From the sequence record NC_070650.1: a stretch of 64,000 nt of DNA; one strand, written 5' to 3'. The translations under genes were made by a program, and so were the position numbers. Shown here piece by piece: positions 46,731 through 56,054 of the stretch (position 1 is the stretch's first letter; each line of letters begins with the position of its first letter). The notes beneath the pieces were generated by a model. That model was not told the origin of the DNA. It saw only the letters and a list, made by a program, of their open reading frames with translations, and did not search any database.

Positions 46731-47230
46731 TGGACGGGATCATGTTACTTCATCTTAGTTTTAAAAATAATCTTTCTGGGACGGTAATCCCCAGAGCCGT
46801 AGCGGGTAGTGAATTAGGTTTAGACGCTATCTATCCAGAACCCAATACACCGAGAGTTTGTTTTGGGCCATCGGTAATAAAATGCTTCCAGGCGATATAC
46901 CCCAACATCTCTGATTTTTTTGAAGTTAAAAAATATCCGTACATGGATTTTTACGTATACCGAACAAAAAGTAACAGTCCAGCGGGTTTGATCCCAAATG
47001 CTGAAATAGTGGCCAATCATTGGGTTCATGATGCACACGTAACTGGTGAATCTTGGGTAGTTAAGCCAGTTGAAGTATATTTATACCAAAAGGTGCGAAT
47101 TAAAAACACGAATTCAATTGGTAGTTTAAACTACCATCCATTTGGCGATCAAAAAGAGCCTCTACGTACATTAGCTCCAAAAACAGCCGTTATAGAACTT
47201 CTACCATTAAACGGTAGCGACGAGTGGTAA
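46727..47230 (+). CDS. Possible ADP-ribosyltransferase-fold protein, 167 aa; ends GSDEW
   Basis: LLHLS, PRVCFGPSV, DAHVTGESW pattern resembles H/S/E ART motifs. Confidence 0.45.
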   Translation: MMDGIMLLHLSFKNNLSGTVIPRAVAGSELGLDAIYPEPNTPRVCFGPSVIKCFQAIYPNISDFFEVKKYPYMDFYVYRTKSNSPAGLIPNAEIVANHWVHDAHVTGESWVVKPVEVYLYQKVRIKNTNSIGSLNYHPFGDQKEPLRTLAPKTAVIELLPLNGSDEW

Positions 47231-47246
47231 TCAATCAGGGGTATGT

Positions 47247-47681
47247 ATGGGTACGTTCTTAGAATTTTATAAAGTAGATAAAAACAAAGTCTCAGAGAAA
47301 ATGTTGAAGTATCTCAACATGGACCAGATTGAGAGCAATATAGCATCAGACGAAGATGCCAGTTTCTTTGATTTGACCATAGACTGGGAGTTCCCGGCCA
47401 TCATTGAACTTGTTAAATTTTCTCGCACGGGGCAAATACGCCAGGTCATGAACGCCTTTATGTCGAGTAAGGGCATTGTTGACGATATTTACAACACCAG
47501 TATGGTCATGTCAAAACAGCTGGTCGCGGAGCTAATAACATATCTAAATAGTGTCGCGATATGGGATACTGAGGATGTATGGTTCTCCCCCGGGGAAAAA
47601 GAATTTGCGGTGGCCTTCTTCCAACGTACTTTAAATACCCATGATTTCGATAATGAGTATTTCTTTTATACTTACTACTAA
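47247..47681 (+). CDS. Hypothetical acidic protein, 144 aa
   Basis: AGGGG RBS; lies between two ART-like genes. Confidence 0.7.
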   Translation: MGTFLEFYKVDKNKVSEKMLKYLNMDQIESNIASDEDASFFDLTIDWEFPAIIELVKFSRTGQIRQVMNAFMSSKGIVDDIYNTSMVMSKQLVAELITYLNSVAIWDTEDVWFSPGEKEFAVAFFQRTLNTHDFDNEYFFYTYY

Positions 47682-47693
47682 TGCGGAGAATTT

Positions 47694-48212
47694 ATGGATG
47701 TCAGTAAATATTACCATATAGATGAACAGGCTATTCAGGAATATTTGAAATATGAATCAATACTAGAAATATCGGCAAAATGGTTAATGAGAGATGGACA
47801 TCAAACATTCTCTGAACTTCAAGAAATTAATAAACTGGTTCAAAAAATTCAACAAATACCACAACCCAAAAAATTATATCGGGGGGTTAACTTTAATGTA
47901 TTTAGTAATACGGTCGGATTACCCAAAAACCCGAATTTGGGATACGCGTACGACGTAACATTTGATGTGGCAACCAGTTTCACCACCGAAATAAAAGTAG
48001 CCTCTGCTTTTGGTAAAACTATACTAGAGACTGTCGACCCAATAGACCGAAATATATTCTTGTGTATTCCACAAGAATTATCATTAGCGGTACAAAGGAA
48101 ATTTAAATTCCCGCTACCAAACATGCATGAATGGGTACTAATGAAAGAAAATACCACATTGAAAATAAAAATTATAAAGACGAAGGCATCATTAGGATCA
48201 CTTAAATGGTAA
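47694..48212 (+). CDS. ADP-ribosyltransferase-like protein (R-S-E clade), 172 aa; ends GSLKW
   Basis: KLYRGV, ATSFTTEIKVASAFG, HEWVL motifs. Confidence 0.65.
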   Translation: MDVSKYYHIDEQAIQEYLKYESILEISAKWLMRDGHQTFSELQEINKLVQKIQQIPQPKKLYRGVNFNVFSNTVGLPKNPNLGYAYDVTFDVATSFTTEIKVASAFGKTILETVDPIDRNIFLCIPQELSLAVQRKFKFPLPNMHEWVLMKENTTLKIKIIKTKASLGSLKW

Positions 48213-48301
48213 TCAATCAAACTAACGACATATTTCCTGTCTCGTTAGCGAAAAAGATTTTAGTTTTTTCTCAAAAGATAGATTAGACCGATAAAAATAA
48301 T

Positions 48302-48330
48302 CCCACCAGTTTTTACTGGTGGGCAATATG
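48302..48330 (+). terminator. Hairpin followed by TATG
   Basis: CCCACCAGT-tttt-ACTGGTGGG-CAATATG. Confidence 0.7.
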
Positions 48331-48359
48331 CTGTAACTTACCTGTGGGGAGCAAATAAA

Positions 48360-48569
48360 ATGAAGTGGTTTCTTATTGCAGCTTACGTTATCGGGGCGTT
48401 AATTACTTACACCATCATGGTTGGGTTTAAACCAAAAAGCATCAAGTTGGTGTTGGTGGGTTGTTTGCTTTCAGTGTTGTGGTTTTTCGTACTGCTTGAA
48501 TTAATAAGCAAAGCAGTGAACTACTATACGTTCAAATTGTGGAGAACGATGAATGGAAGGAAAAAATAA
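48360..48569 (+). CDS. Small membrane protein (2 TM), 69 aa
   Basis: Two hydrophobic stretches; GGGGAG RBS. Confidence 0.7.
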   Translation: MKWFLIAAYVIGALITYTIMVGFKPKSIKLVLVGCLLSVLWFFVLLELISKAVNYYTFKLWRTMNGRKK

Positions 48570-49023
48570 TAACGTGGATTGTGGGGTGGGTCCGAATATC
48601 ACATCCGGGTGTGTGGAGGGGGATTGCTTAAAGTCTTTCGTCAGAAAAGTGCTGTTGACATCACCCTCACCGCTAAGACCGCGGCTCTGCTCACTGGACT
48701 TCCGTGATGACGAACTCAGATTAAACTATCACGATTGGGGGTTGCCGTATCCTGAAAGTGTTCGCCTACTCACGTCTACCGGGAAGCCCATCAAAGTGTG
48801 GAATACCGAATACCTGAGAAAGGCTAGGCTATACTTTAAAGAGTTAGCCCAGTTTAGTGAAAACGGATATGAAATCGTCTTAATCGAGTATCTAGCCCCT
48901 GAAGACGTCTGGCAATCTTTACGTGCCGGTGCCGGTAGTATTAACATCCATACCTTCAGATCGGTGGAACATAAATGCATGTTTAACATCGATGATGGTG
49001 AACTTCAGATTACTCGATTTTAA
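48553..49023 (+). CDS. Hypothetical protein, 156 aa
   Basis: Overlapping operon ORF. Confidence 0.65.
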   Translation: MEGKNNNVDCGVGPNITSGCVEGDCLKSFVRKVLLTSPSPLRPRLCSLDFRDDELRLNYHDWGLPYPESVRLLTSTGKPIKVWNTEYLRKARLYFKELAQFSENGYEIVLIEYLAPEDVWQSLRAGAGSINIHTFRSVEHKCMFNIDDGELQITRF

Positions 49024-49039
49024 AGAAGGAGTTATAGTT

Positions 49040-49216
49040 ATGCCCAATTTACATGTTGAGGTCATTCCACGCGATGATGGCCTGGAAGATATAGAAGTCA
49101 CGCTGACCAATGCAACAAAAGAAGAAGCGGAAGCATTCTATTCCGACTTAGCCGCCAAGGCTAAAGAACTAGGAGTTTCCATGGACCCACAATCCGGCAT
49201 CTATCGAGCCAATTAG
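49040..49216 (+). CDS. Small hypothetical protein, 58 aa
   Basis: MPNLHVEVIP with AAGGAG RBS. Confidence 0.65.
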   Translation: MPNLHVEVIPRDDGLEDIEVTLTNATKEEAEAFYSDLAAKAKELGVSMDPQSGIYRAN

Positions 49217-49293
49217 GGGTGAACCCAATTAAATTAATCGATCTTGATTTTTGCCACCACAAAGTCACCCATGATTGATACGGAAAATTGAAA

Positions 49294-49467
49294 ATGACTA
49301 AAACACAGAAGCGCATCCTGGAGCTAGCCAAACGAATGCATTCTGATGGCGTTACAAAATGGGATTTGCAAATGCGTGGAATTTCTATTTCTGCGGCTGA
49401 TGCTTTGGTCAATAAAGGTCATTTGACCAAAGTCAATGATGTTTACCACATACCCCAGGAGCAATAA
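49294..49467 (+). CDS. Small protein, 57 aa, winged-HTH-like
   Basis: Manual translation MTKTQKRILELAKRMHSDGVTKWDLQMRGISISAADALVNKGHLTKVNDVYHIPQEQ. Confidence 0.5.
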   Translation: MTKTQKRILELAKRMHSDGVTKWDLQMRGISISAADALVNKGHLTKVNDVYHIPQEQ

Positions 49468-49468
49468 C

Positions 49469-49843
49469 ATGAAAAATACACGTACCAAAGGGTGCCATCA
49501 CCTCACCACCAAGGAAGAACTTTTCAGTCAATCAAATGAACTGCTGATGCATGCCTTTGTAGAAACCGGATTGCGCAAAGGTAAAAAGGTGGTTATCCTT
49601 GCCGACAAGAATATCCGGGAATGGATGGAAGCAGCAAAACTGATGTCATTTATTTTACCTGATGTTACTCTCAAGGCCATGCCTATCGATCGTAAAGGCG
49701 CCATCAATTTTGGTCGCGGGATGACGGACCTGCACGTGCTGATAGTAAGTACCCGCCCGAGTGCACTGATAAAAGATCTGATAATGTCTGCAGCGGTCTG
49801 TTTTAATGCTAACATCCTGGTGGTACATACCGATCCGATGTGA
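49469..49843 (+). CDS. Hypothetical protein, 124 aa
   Basis: Start moved to MKNT (AGGAG RBS). Confidence 0.65.
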   Translation: MKNTRTKGCHHLTTKEELFSQSNELLMHAFVETGLRKGKKVVILADKNIREWMEAAKLMSFILPDVTLKAMPIDRKGAINFGRGMTDLHVLIVSTRPSALIKDLIMSAAVCFNANILVVHTDPM

Positions 49844-49894
49844 TTATTTTTTATGGGTGGTTTCCACCACCCATCCACATTAAGGTAACAGTCC

Positions 49895-50092
49895 GTGATT
49901 AATACAGTGCTACACCCAATGCTGAAGTATTACCGTAATTGTTCCAACGCTCAGAAAAAGATATTGAAGTTGATGTTATTTTTATTTCTTTTTCAAACAG
50001 CCATCGGTTGGGGCGACTGGGTATGGTTGACGACTCATACTGTCGGGATGCTTGGCACCTTCTACGTAGGTTATCGATTATCTCGCATTTAA
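49895..50092 (+). CDS. Small membrane protein, ~65 aa
   Basis: Two hydrophobic segments. Confidence 0.55.
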   Translation: MINTVLHPMLKYYRNCSNAQKKILKLMLFLFLFQTAIGWGDWVWLTTHTVGMLGTFYVGYRLSRI

Positions 50093-50139
50093 TGGACTAA
50101 AAAAAGAAGCGGCTGGGCAAATACCAAATAGGAAGAATA

Positions 50140-50994
50140 ATGAAACAATATTTAAATGCAGTAAAGCGCATCGTGGATGAGGGCGTTTGGGTAGAAAACA
50201 AACGTACTGGCGAACGCTGTCTTACGGTAGTCAATGTCGACATGGAATATAATGTCGGTGCAGGTGATTGCCCTATAGTGACCACTCGCAAGGTCAACCC
50301 ACGTCCCGCTATTGCGGAACTACTGGGATATTTGCGCGGTTGCAGTAGCGCTGCCGAATTCCGTGCTCTCGGTACTCGGACTTGGGATGCTAACGCCAAT
50401 GAAAATAATGCATGGCTGAACAATCCCAACCGGAAAGGTACCGACGATATGGGTCGGGTATATGGGGTTCAAATGCGTAACTGGACCCGCCCCGATGGGT
50501 CTCAAGTGGACCAACTCCAGAAAGTCTACGACCATCTCAAAGCAGGTGTTGATGACCGTGGGGAAATCCTCTCGATGTGGAATCCCGGCGAGTTTCATTT
50601 AGGTTGCCTACGCCCCTGCATGTACGAACATCAATTCTCATTGCTGGGCGACACCCTCTTCCTGAATTCCACCCAGCGCAGTAATGACATTTTATTGGGT
50701 GGTGTCTTTAATGCTATTCAGGTTTATACCCTGCTGGCACTCATGGCACAAATCACAGGCCATAAACCTGGGATTGCCAGACATCGCAGTGTAAACACCC
50801 ACATCTATGAACCGCAATATACGGTGCTGATGCGGGAAGGTCAACTGGATCGTGAACCATACCCCTCCCCTACTTTGAAAATCAATCCCTCCATTAAAAC
50901 GTTGGAAGACGTACTTACGTGGGTAACGGTTGATGACTTTGTGGTTGAAGGGTATCAACACCATCCAGCCATTGTTTATCCGTTTAGTGTATAA
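50140..50994 (+). CDS. thyA: Thymidylate synthase
   Basis: [19 protein letters not shown](Y), QRSND, FNAIQ, THIYE motifs. Confidence 0.95.
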   Translation: MKQYLNAVKRIVDEGVWVENKRTGERCLTVVNVDMEYNVGAGDCPIVTTRKVNPRPAIAELLGYLRGCSSAAEFRALGTRTWDANANENNAWLNNPNRKGTDDMGRVYGVQMRNWTRPDGSQVDQLQKVYDHLKAGVDDRGEILSMWNPGEFHLGCLRPCMYEHQFSLLGDTLFLNSTQRSNDILLGGVFNAIQVYTLLALMAQITGHKPGIARHRSVNTHIYEPQYTVLMREGQLDREPYPSPTLKINPSIKTLEDVLTWVTVDDFVVEGYQHHPAIVYPFSV

Positions 50995-51005
50995 GGTTTA
51001 ATAAA

Positions 51006-51464
51006 ATGACTGAGTCAGTATTCGTCGGCAAACCCAGACAATTATTGCCGAGTAACTACACACGAGATTTGATTAATGGCGATTGTATTACGTGGTGGAG
51101 AGATGACCCATACCGCATTTCCCTAGCCAAACGTAATGATGGGCGCCCAGGGTTCCGAGCATCGACTGAGTTTGATGGGTGGATAGATACCATTACCTAC
51201 GATGAAGTGGGTTTCTTTGTAAAAGAGGACGGAGTAATTAGGTTTGCCCGAGTTTCACACGCCGATCTGGAGTGTGGTGACCTTCATGCTCAAGCAATGG
51301 TAGAAATATGGAACGTATGTTCAGGTAAGAAATACGAACTGGTGGGTGAAGGTATTGGATGGGCCGCATGTAAACGTAACCGTAATGATGTTCCTCCTGG
51401 GGTTGACTTAAAAGAAGTATGTCGGTTTTATTACCTTGATGAGAATCTAAATCCTATTCCATAA
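51006..51464 (+). CDS. Hypothetical protein, 152 aa
   Basis: ORF in operon. Confidence 0.7.
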   Translation: MTESVFVGKPRQLLPSNYTRDLINGDCITWWRDDPYRISLAKRNDGRPGFRASTEFDGWIDTITYDEVGFFVKEDGVIRFARVSHADLECGDLHAQAMVEIWNVCSGKKYELVGEGIGWAACKRNRNDVPPGVDLKEVCRFYYLDENLNPIP

Positions 51465-51477
51465 TTGGAGGTTTAAA

Positions 51478-51852
51478 ATGACGGAATCTATTTCAGAATA
51501 CCCACTGGCCCTAGAAGGCCAGACTTTTATTTACGTCATGCATATGGCTTTTCCAACCAATCCCCGTGGTAAACACACCCCAGTTAACGCTGCTGAACTT
51601 AAAGCAACTAATGTTATTCAGACTGCTGAAAATACCTGGGAGTTTGACCTGACTGGACTACCTGGTCGATATGAAACCCACTACGGTTGGTCGCTGTGTC
51701 CCGATACCCCAGAAAACCGAATCCACATTCACGAGTATCTGGAACTTAGACAGAAACAACTGCAGCTAGCAGGGCAGTGTGCTGCGGCGCATAGGCGGAT
51801 TGTATCTTTAAATGTGAGAGAAGATATATCCGACGTTTTCGGAGAAGTTTAG
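51478..51852 (+). CDS. Hypothetical protein, 124 aa
   Basis: GGAGGT RBS. Confidence 0.75.
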   Translation: MTESISEYPLALEGQTFIYVMHMAFPTNPRGKHTPVNAAELKATNVIQTAENTWEFDLTGLPGRYETHYGWSLCPDTPENRIHIHEYLELRQKQLQLAGQCAAAHRRIVSLNVREDISDVFGEV

Positions 51853-51865
51853 TACCGGCGGTTAT

Positions 51866-52231
51866 ATGCATATAGCTTCTTGTCCTACCTGCCACAAACA
51901 CACATGCATTTGTGGTAAACAATATTGCCTTCTATCCGATGAAGACTTAGAGTCACTCATCAATGCTCTGCGAGACCTACGGCGTACCCGTCAAGGTGAT
52001 GGGGCTAACATGGTAGAAGTAAGTCCAGAAATGTACGTGGTGCGCACCCAAGCTGGATTTAAGCAAGCGTTACGACACTACGTCGACGACGATGTAAAAT
52101 TTAAATCCCTGTTGGAATACCCCCACAACTACCCGACCTCTTATCCATCACTGGTTAGTATCTCTATCGGGTATCGTGGTTACGAATATTTCAAAGTCAA
52201 TACCGTACACCTTAATTCCATAGTGGGTTAA
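51866..52231 (+). CDS. Hypothetical protein with N-terminal CxxC..CxC, 121 aa
   Basis: CPTCHKHTCIC. Confidence 0.7.
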   Translation: MHIASCPTCHKHTCICGKQYCLLSDEDLESLINALRDLRRTRQGDGANMVEVSPEMYVVRTQAGFKQALRHYVDDDVKFKSLLEYPHNYPTSYPSLVSISIGYRGYEYFKVNTVHLNSIVG

Positions 52232-52234
52232 CAC

Positions 52235-52272
52235 CATAAAAGGGAGGGTGAAAGCCCTCCCAATATGTTGTC
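52235..52272 (+). terminator. Terminator hairpin followed by TATG
   Basis: CATAAAA-GGGAGGGT-gaaa-GCCCTCCC-AATATGTTGTC. Confidence 0.8.
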
Positions 52273-52319
52273 ACTTTTTTATAGTCGTGATTTAAAATAT
52301 AATTCCGAGGAAAAAAAGA

Positions 52320-52673
52320 ATGTCATTTAAACTGAAGCAGGCTGAAGTCAACGCACAGAAAATCACTGATATTTCCCCAACCTTCTCTGGGCACGACATA
52401 ACGTTGGAAGACGGTTCAACTTACTACGCCCACAGCGTCCCCGATGACATCGGACCCGGGGATTATTTCATCCCCCTAGAAAATGTAGTTTATGACGGAT
52501 ACGACAGTGACTTTGTTCTCATGGAGAAACGCCAGTTTGAATCCATGTTTGTTGAAAAACAAACCAAAACAATCTGCCGGCGGTGTGGGTATGACATTTC
52601 TCCAGTGTCTGATATTAACAGCAGGTGCCGATGCCACCCCAGCAAAGTCCAGCCATTTACCATTGACGAATAA
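52320..52673 (+). CDS. Hypothetical protein with C-terminal Zn ribbon, 117 aa
   Basis: GDYF..LE...Y...FV..K..FE motif; CRRC...CRC. Confidence 0.7.
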   Translation: MSFKLKQAEVNAQKITDISPTFSGHDITLEDGSTYYAHSVPDDIGPGDYFIPLENVVYDGYDSDFVLMEKRQFESMFVEKQTKTICRRCGYDISPVSDINSRCRCHPSKVQPFTIDE

Positions 52674-52690
52674 AAAACTAAGGAGTAGGT

Positions 52691-52915
52691 ATGTCGGACG
52701 CACCACTCAAAGTGTTTGTTTGCATTAAATTTAAAGGATATTTTCCGGTAGGGAGCGCTGCCGTCGTGGTTGCAACAGATAAGGCCGAGGCCTGTGAGTT
52801 ATTAATGGTTGAACTGGCCAAATATGGGTTAAAGCAAGATATCACCGAAGACATGATAATCGAACTTAATACCTTAACCCGAAAGGCCGTTATTTTAGTC
52901 GATGGGGATTATTAA
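52691..52915 (+). CDS. Hypothetical protein, 74 aa
   Basis: AAGGAG RBS. Confidence 0.7.
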   Translation: MSDAPLKVFVCIKFKGYFPVGSAAVVVATDKAEACELLMVELAKYGLKQDITEDMIIELNTLTRKAVILVDGDY

Positions 52916-52933
52916 ATAAAAGGTAACACAATA

Positions 52934-53287
52934 ATGATTAATTTACGTGATGACTACCCCAACATTAAAGCTACACAGATCCGGGAATTGGAACATGCAT
53001 TAAATTCCACAAACTTAAAAGCTTATTCATGGCATCTTTTTACTAAGACCTACGCGGCAAATCCAACGGCAACCTTAGATTGTCGCCGGGTTTCAGTTTC
53101 TAGGTCGGGAGAATTGATACTCTGGGGTGGGGCGCCGTACGGTCATGTGGACCTTACATTTACGCATGGAGGGGTTGAGTCATCTGCTTCCAGGAATGTC
53201 TATATGTCTCCTGAAGAAGCTGCGGTATATTTAGATGTCAACACCAATACTTATTTTGTCACCGTTACACCAACTTCTTGGAGCTAA
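52934..53287 (+). CDS. Hypothetical protein, 117 aa
   Basis: AAAGGT RBS. Confidence 0.7.
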   Translation: MINLRDDYPNIKATQIRELEHALNSTNLKAYSWHLFTKTYAANPTATLDCRRVSVSRSGELILWGGAPYGHVDLTFTHGGVESSASRNVYMSPEEAAVYLDVNTNTYFVTVTPTSWS

Positions 53288-53289
53288 AA

Positions 53290-53841
53290 ATGCACATTGA
53301 TAAATATGTAAAATTAATCACGTCAGGAAGTTCAAATAACGAATTGACCGTAGACATCGATAGTGGTAAGTTCAGGGTCTATGGCGGGTGGAATTGGGAC
53401 ACTAGAAATCCACCCATGCCCGGACATGTAGAGTGTCTGATTCGTGCACGCCATGCATTAATTGCTAATCACGTGGATGCAATTACTACTTGCGATGGTG
53501 ACCCACGACATGCTATTTGGTATCTTGATGGGGCAATCGATGCACTTCTGGGAAGAAATATGTTTCCCGAATGCATACCCAACGAAGTGTGGGCTGAAGT
53601 TACAATTAAGCACGACGAAAAATTAGTTGACGTCTTTAAAACCACGACCTGGAAAAACTGGGAAGCGGGGTTTATTACCACCCGCTTCGAGTATATTCCT
53701 CAGGCGCAAGAGGGGTTACGTTTAAAAATATCCACCGCTGTTACAATGGATTATAAATTTGACGAATGGATAGAATACGTAGCAGGTAGAAAAACCAAGG
53801 AACTGGCGCTGGATGTACTAACTCAAGTGATGGAGCGTTAA
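53290..53841 (+). CDS. Hypothetical protein, 183 aa
   Basis: Start moved to MHID (GGAG RBS). Confidence 0.7.
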   Translation: MHIDKYVKLITSGSSNNELTVDIDSGKFRVYGGWNWDTRNPPMPGHVECLIRARHALIANHVDAITTCDGDPRHAIWYLDGAIDALLGRNMFPECIPNEVWAEVTIKHDEKLVDVFKTTTWKNWEAGFITTRFEYIPQAQEGLRLKISTAVTMDYKFDEWIEYVAGRKTKELALDVLTQVMER

Positions 53842-53843
53842 CA

Positions 53844-54203
53844 ATGTCAACGCACATGTATATCTGCTCTTACCCTAAAGAAAAACTACCCCCAGAAATA
53901 TGCACCTCATGGAACCTGTATCTGGGAATAGACCATTATTCTATTCCTAGCGTTTGTATAGCCCGGAGTGTTTACCTGTGGGGGCACCGATTAAGTTACG
54001 TGTGCGAAGCGTTTGTTAAGTCCTTTCCTAAGCATACTGTACTTTCTCCGGATATGGAATTTTCAGTCAATGAAATGATGATACGCAAATTCATCTTGGA
54101 AATGGAAGCCACATACTCAAACGCCGGCGGTATTGCTGAATTAAAAAGCATAGTTCGAAAATTTAATTTTGAAACGCACTACATGACCGTTTGGTGCGAT
54201 TGA
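53844..54203 (+). CDS. Hypothetical protein, 119 aa
   Basis: ORF in operon. Confidence 0.7.
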   Translation: MSTHMYICSYPKEKLPPEICTSWNLYLGIDHYSIPSVCIARSVYLWGHRLSYVCEAFVKSFPKHTVLSPDMEFSVNEMMIRKFILEMEATYSNAGGIAELKSIVRKFNFETHYMTVWCD

Positions 54204-54294
54204 TAAAATTCAAACAATGGGTGGGGGGGGTATCATCCCCTTTATGCCGTTATCCAAAATTAACAGGTAAATTGAATAATAGAGGAGGTGGTCT

Positions 54295-54630
54295 ATGCAA
54301 CCATTAAAACCAGGTATGTTGGCAATGGTAATCGGGTTGAAAAAGGACGCACAGCTAAATGGTACTTGCGTTACTTTGGTTGAATTGGTCAATCCGAATC
54401 AAAATTTTACTATCCCGGGCAGTGAGTACGTTAGTCGCATGCATCGTGATTGGGCTCCAAGCTGGGTATGCGTCGGCAAACTACCCAAGCGCATTCCATC
54501 ACCAGTAGGTGGATGGGGGCTTTTCAAACCCGAAAATTTGATGCCTCTGGAAGATGACGGCCATCAATTTTGGGATGACACTGGCATTTATTTTACTGTA
54601 CTTCGAATAAACCCAAGGGCATCATTATAA
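54295..54630 (+). CDS. Hypothetical protein, 111 aa (paralog-like to the 35476 gene)
   Basis: GGAGGT RBS; shared N- and C-terminal motifs. Confidence 0.75.
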   Translation: MQPLKPGMLAMVIGLKKDAQLNGTCVTLVELVNPNQNFTIPGSEYVSRMHRDWAPSWVCVGKLPKRIPSPVGGWGLFKPENLMPLEDDGHQFWDDTGIYFTVLRINPRASL

Positions 54631-55209
54631 ATGAATGAAATAACTTCCCTGAAGGAATATTTTTGTGGGGGAGAATATCTACAAAATATTCTTTTTTATA
54701 GAAAATGGTGCCATCACGGAACTGGGTTTGAGCAATTCATTTCTGAGCACGTTTACCCTAAAGTGCCTTATGGCGAATTAAATTACGACTCCATTATCGA
54801 TTCCCCAGAATTTATTGACCGATTAACTAAATGGATACCCAATCGTTTTCAGTTTGTTTGCACTATGCTACTTCAAGATTTAAATAAATGCAAAGTAACT
54901 GAGTCTACTTGGGAAATCAACCGGGTAATAAGATGCCCTTCTACAGGTATAGAAACGTTATTTAGTAAGCCGAAATATTACGGAAAATATTGGTCTGCCG
55001 GTATAGTTCCTTCACCGTGGGGTATCGGAGAATCGGTAGTAAATGACGCGACCATCTGGATTACAGCCATCGCACACGCCAAAGACATAAATTGGTTAGA
55101 GACGGTACGTTCTAGAATGGACTTCGACAATGGTGATGATGAGCACGAAATCCAGTTATTTGAAGGTACTATATTACCCGACTTCACTTATGCAGTAATA
55201 GCGCGTTAA
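54631..55209 (+). CDS. Possible ADP-ribosyltransferase-like protein, 192 aa
   Basis: EINRVI, GKYWS, DEHEIQL match R / aromatic-S / ExE ART motifs. Confidence 0.5.
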   Translation: MNEITSLKEYFCGGEYLQNILFYRKWCHHGTGFEQFISEHVYPKVPYGELNYDSIIDSPEFIDRLTKWIPNRFQFVCTMLLQDLNKCKVTESTWEINRVIRCPSTGIETLFSKPKYYGKYWSAGIVPSPWGIGESVVNDATIWITAIAHAKDINWLETVRSRMDFDNGDDEHEIQLFEGTILPDFTYAVIAR

Positions 55210-55218
55210 GGAGCTATC

Positions 55219-55377
55219 ATGAAAATATGGCATAGGTTATTTTCTACGCTGGTGGCGATACTGATGGTTCTTGTCGTCATCGTGGGCTGGTATGACTGGC
55301 CATGGATTGCCCAAAACATCGGCGTCATTACCTTTGCGTTAGCTATCGGGTATGGTGCAAGCAAATTCACTTCTTAA
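55219..55377 (+). CDS. Small membrane protein, 52 aa (below the ORF-track cutoff)
   Basis: AAGGAG RBS; MKIWHRLFSTLVAILMVLVVIVGWYDW...; two hydrophobic segments. Confidence 0.65.
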   Translation: MKIWHRLFSTLVAILMVLVVIVGWYDWPWIAQNIGVITFALAIGYGASKFTS

Positions 55378-55387
55378 GGGGGTAATA

Positions 55388-55639
55388 ATGACGCACGAAA
55401 TCGAGTTAATCCGATATCAAAAAGGCCTTCCACACCCCTGGGTGGGAGTACCCCGCAAGAAGCGTCCGCGAGGTACTGCAGTAACGGTTGAACTTCAACG
55501 TGCCTGGTATCGGATTTATAAGGAAGAGCTGCATAAAAAGAAATACCACATTTTCGATAAAACGCCGGAAGGTAAACGTTTGCGTAAATTGCGTAAATCG
55601 CAGATAGCAGCAACCAAAAACAAACTGAATTTTAGTTAA
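55388..55639 (+). CDS. Basic hypothetical protein, 83 aa
   Basis: Start moved to MTHE (GGGGGT RBS); K/R-rich. Confidence 0.65.
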   Translation: MTHEIELIRYQKGLPHPWVGVPRKKRPRGTAVTVELQRAWYRIYKEELHKKKYHIFDKTPEGKRLRKLRKSQIAATKNKLNFS

Positions 55640-55651
55640 AGGGGAAATACC

Positions 55652-56050
55652 ATGAGCAATAAATTTACCAAACAAAAATTCAACCCACTGGAACTAATTG
55701 AAAAAATGACGGGGGTAAATTCATCCCAAATACCCCATGTCGTGTATGACCCAACTCTGCGACGTGCAGATTGCGATTATCGCATCATCCGCCAACAATC
55801 CAACGACGGGACGCTGATCTTTACCCACGACCTTCTTTTGAAAACGTTGGCTCCCGTGGTAGAAAAAACGTCGTATTTTAAAGGTAATCCCCCAGAAGAA
55901 GGCCGCACATTAAAAGATATCAAATATACCGTAGGGCCGCTTTGGTTATCCACGGTGTTTGGTACGGTAGATCTTCCGGCGGGGCACTATCCGGGGCAGC
56001 GTGAACGCACCCGCATGCCGGTTAAAGTTGAATATATTTACGCGGAGTGA
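55652..56050 (+). CDS. Hypothetical protein, 132 aa
   Basis: AGGGGA RBS. Confidence 0.7.
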   Translation: MSNKFTKQKFNPLELIEKMTGVNSSQIPHVVYDPTLRRADCDYRIIRQQSNDGTLIFTHDLLLKTLAPVVEKTSYFKGNPPEEGRTLKDIKYTVGPLWLSTVFGTVDLPAGHYPGQRERTRMPVKVEYIYAE

Positions 56051-56054
56051 GATC

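Noticed and set aside
54223-54230. G8 homopolymer as a phase-variation switch
   Set aside because: It is intergenic and part of a G/C terminator-like hairpin, not in a coding frame
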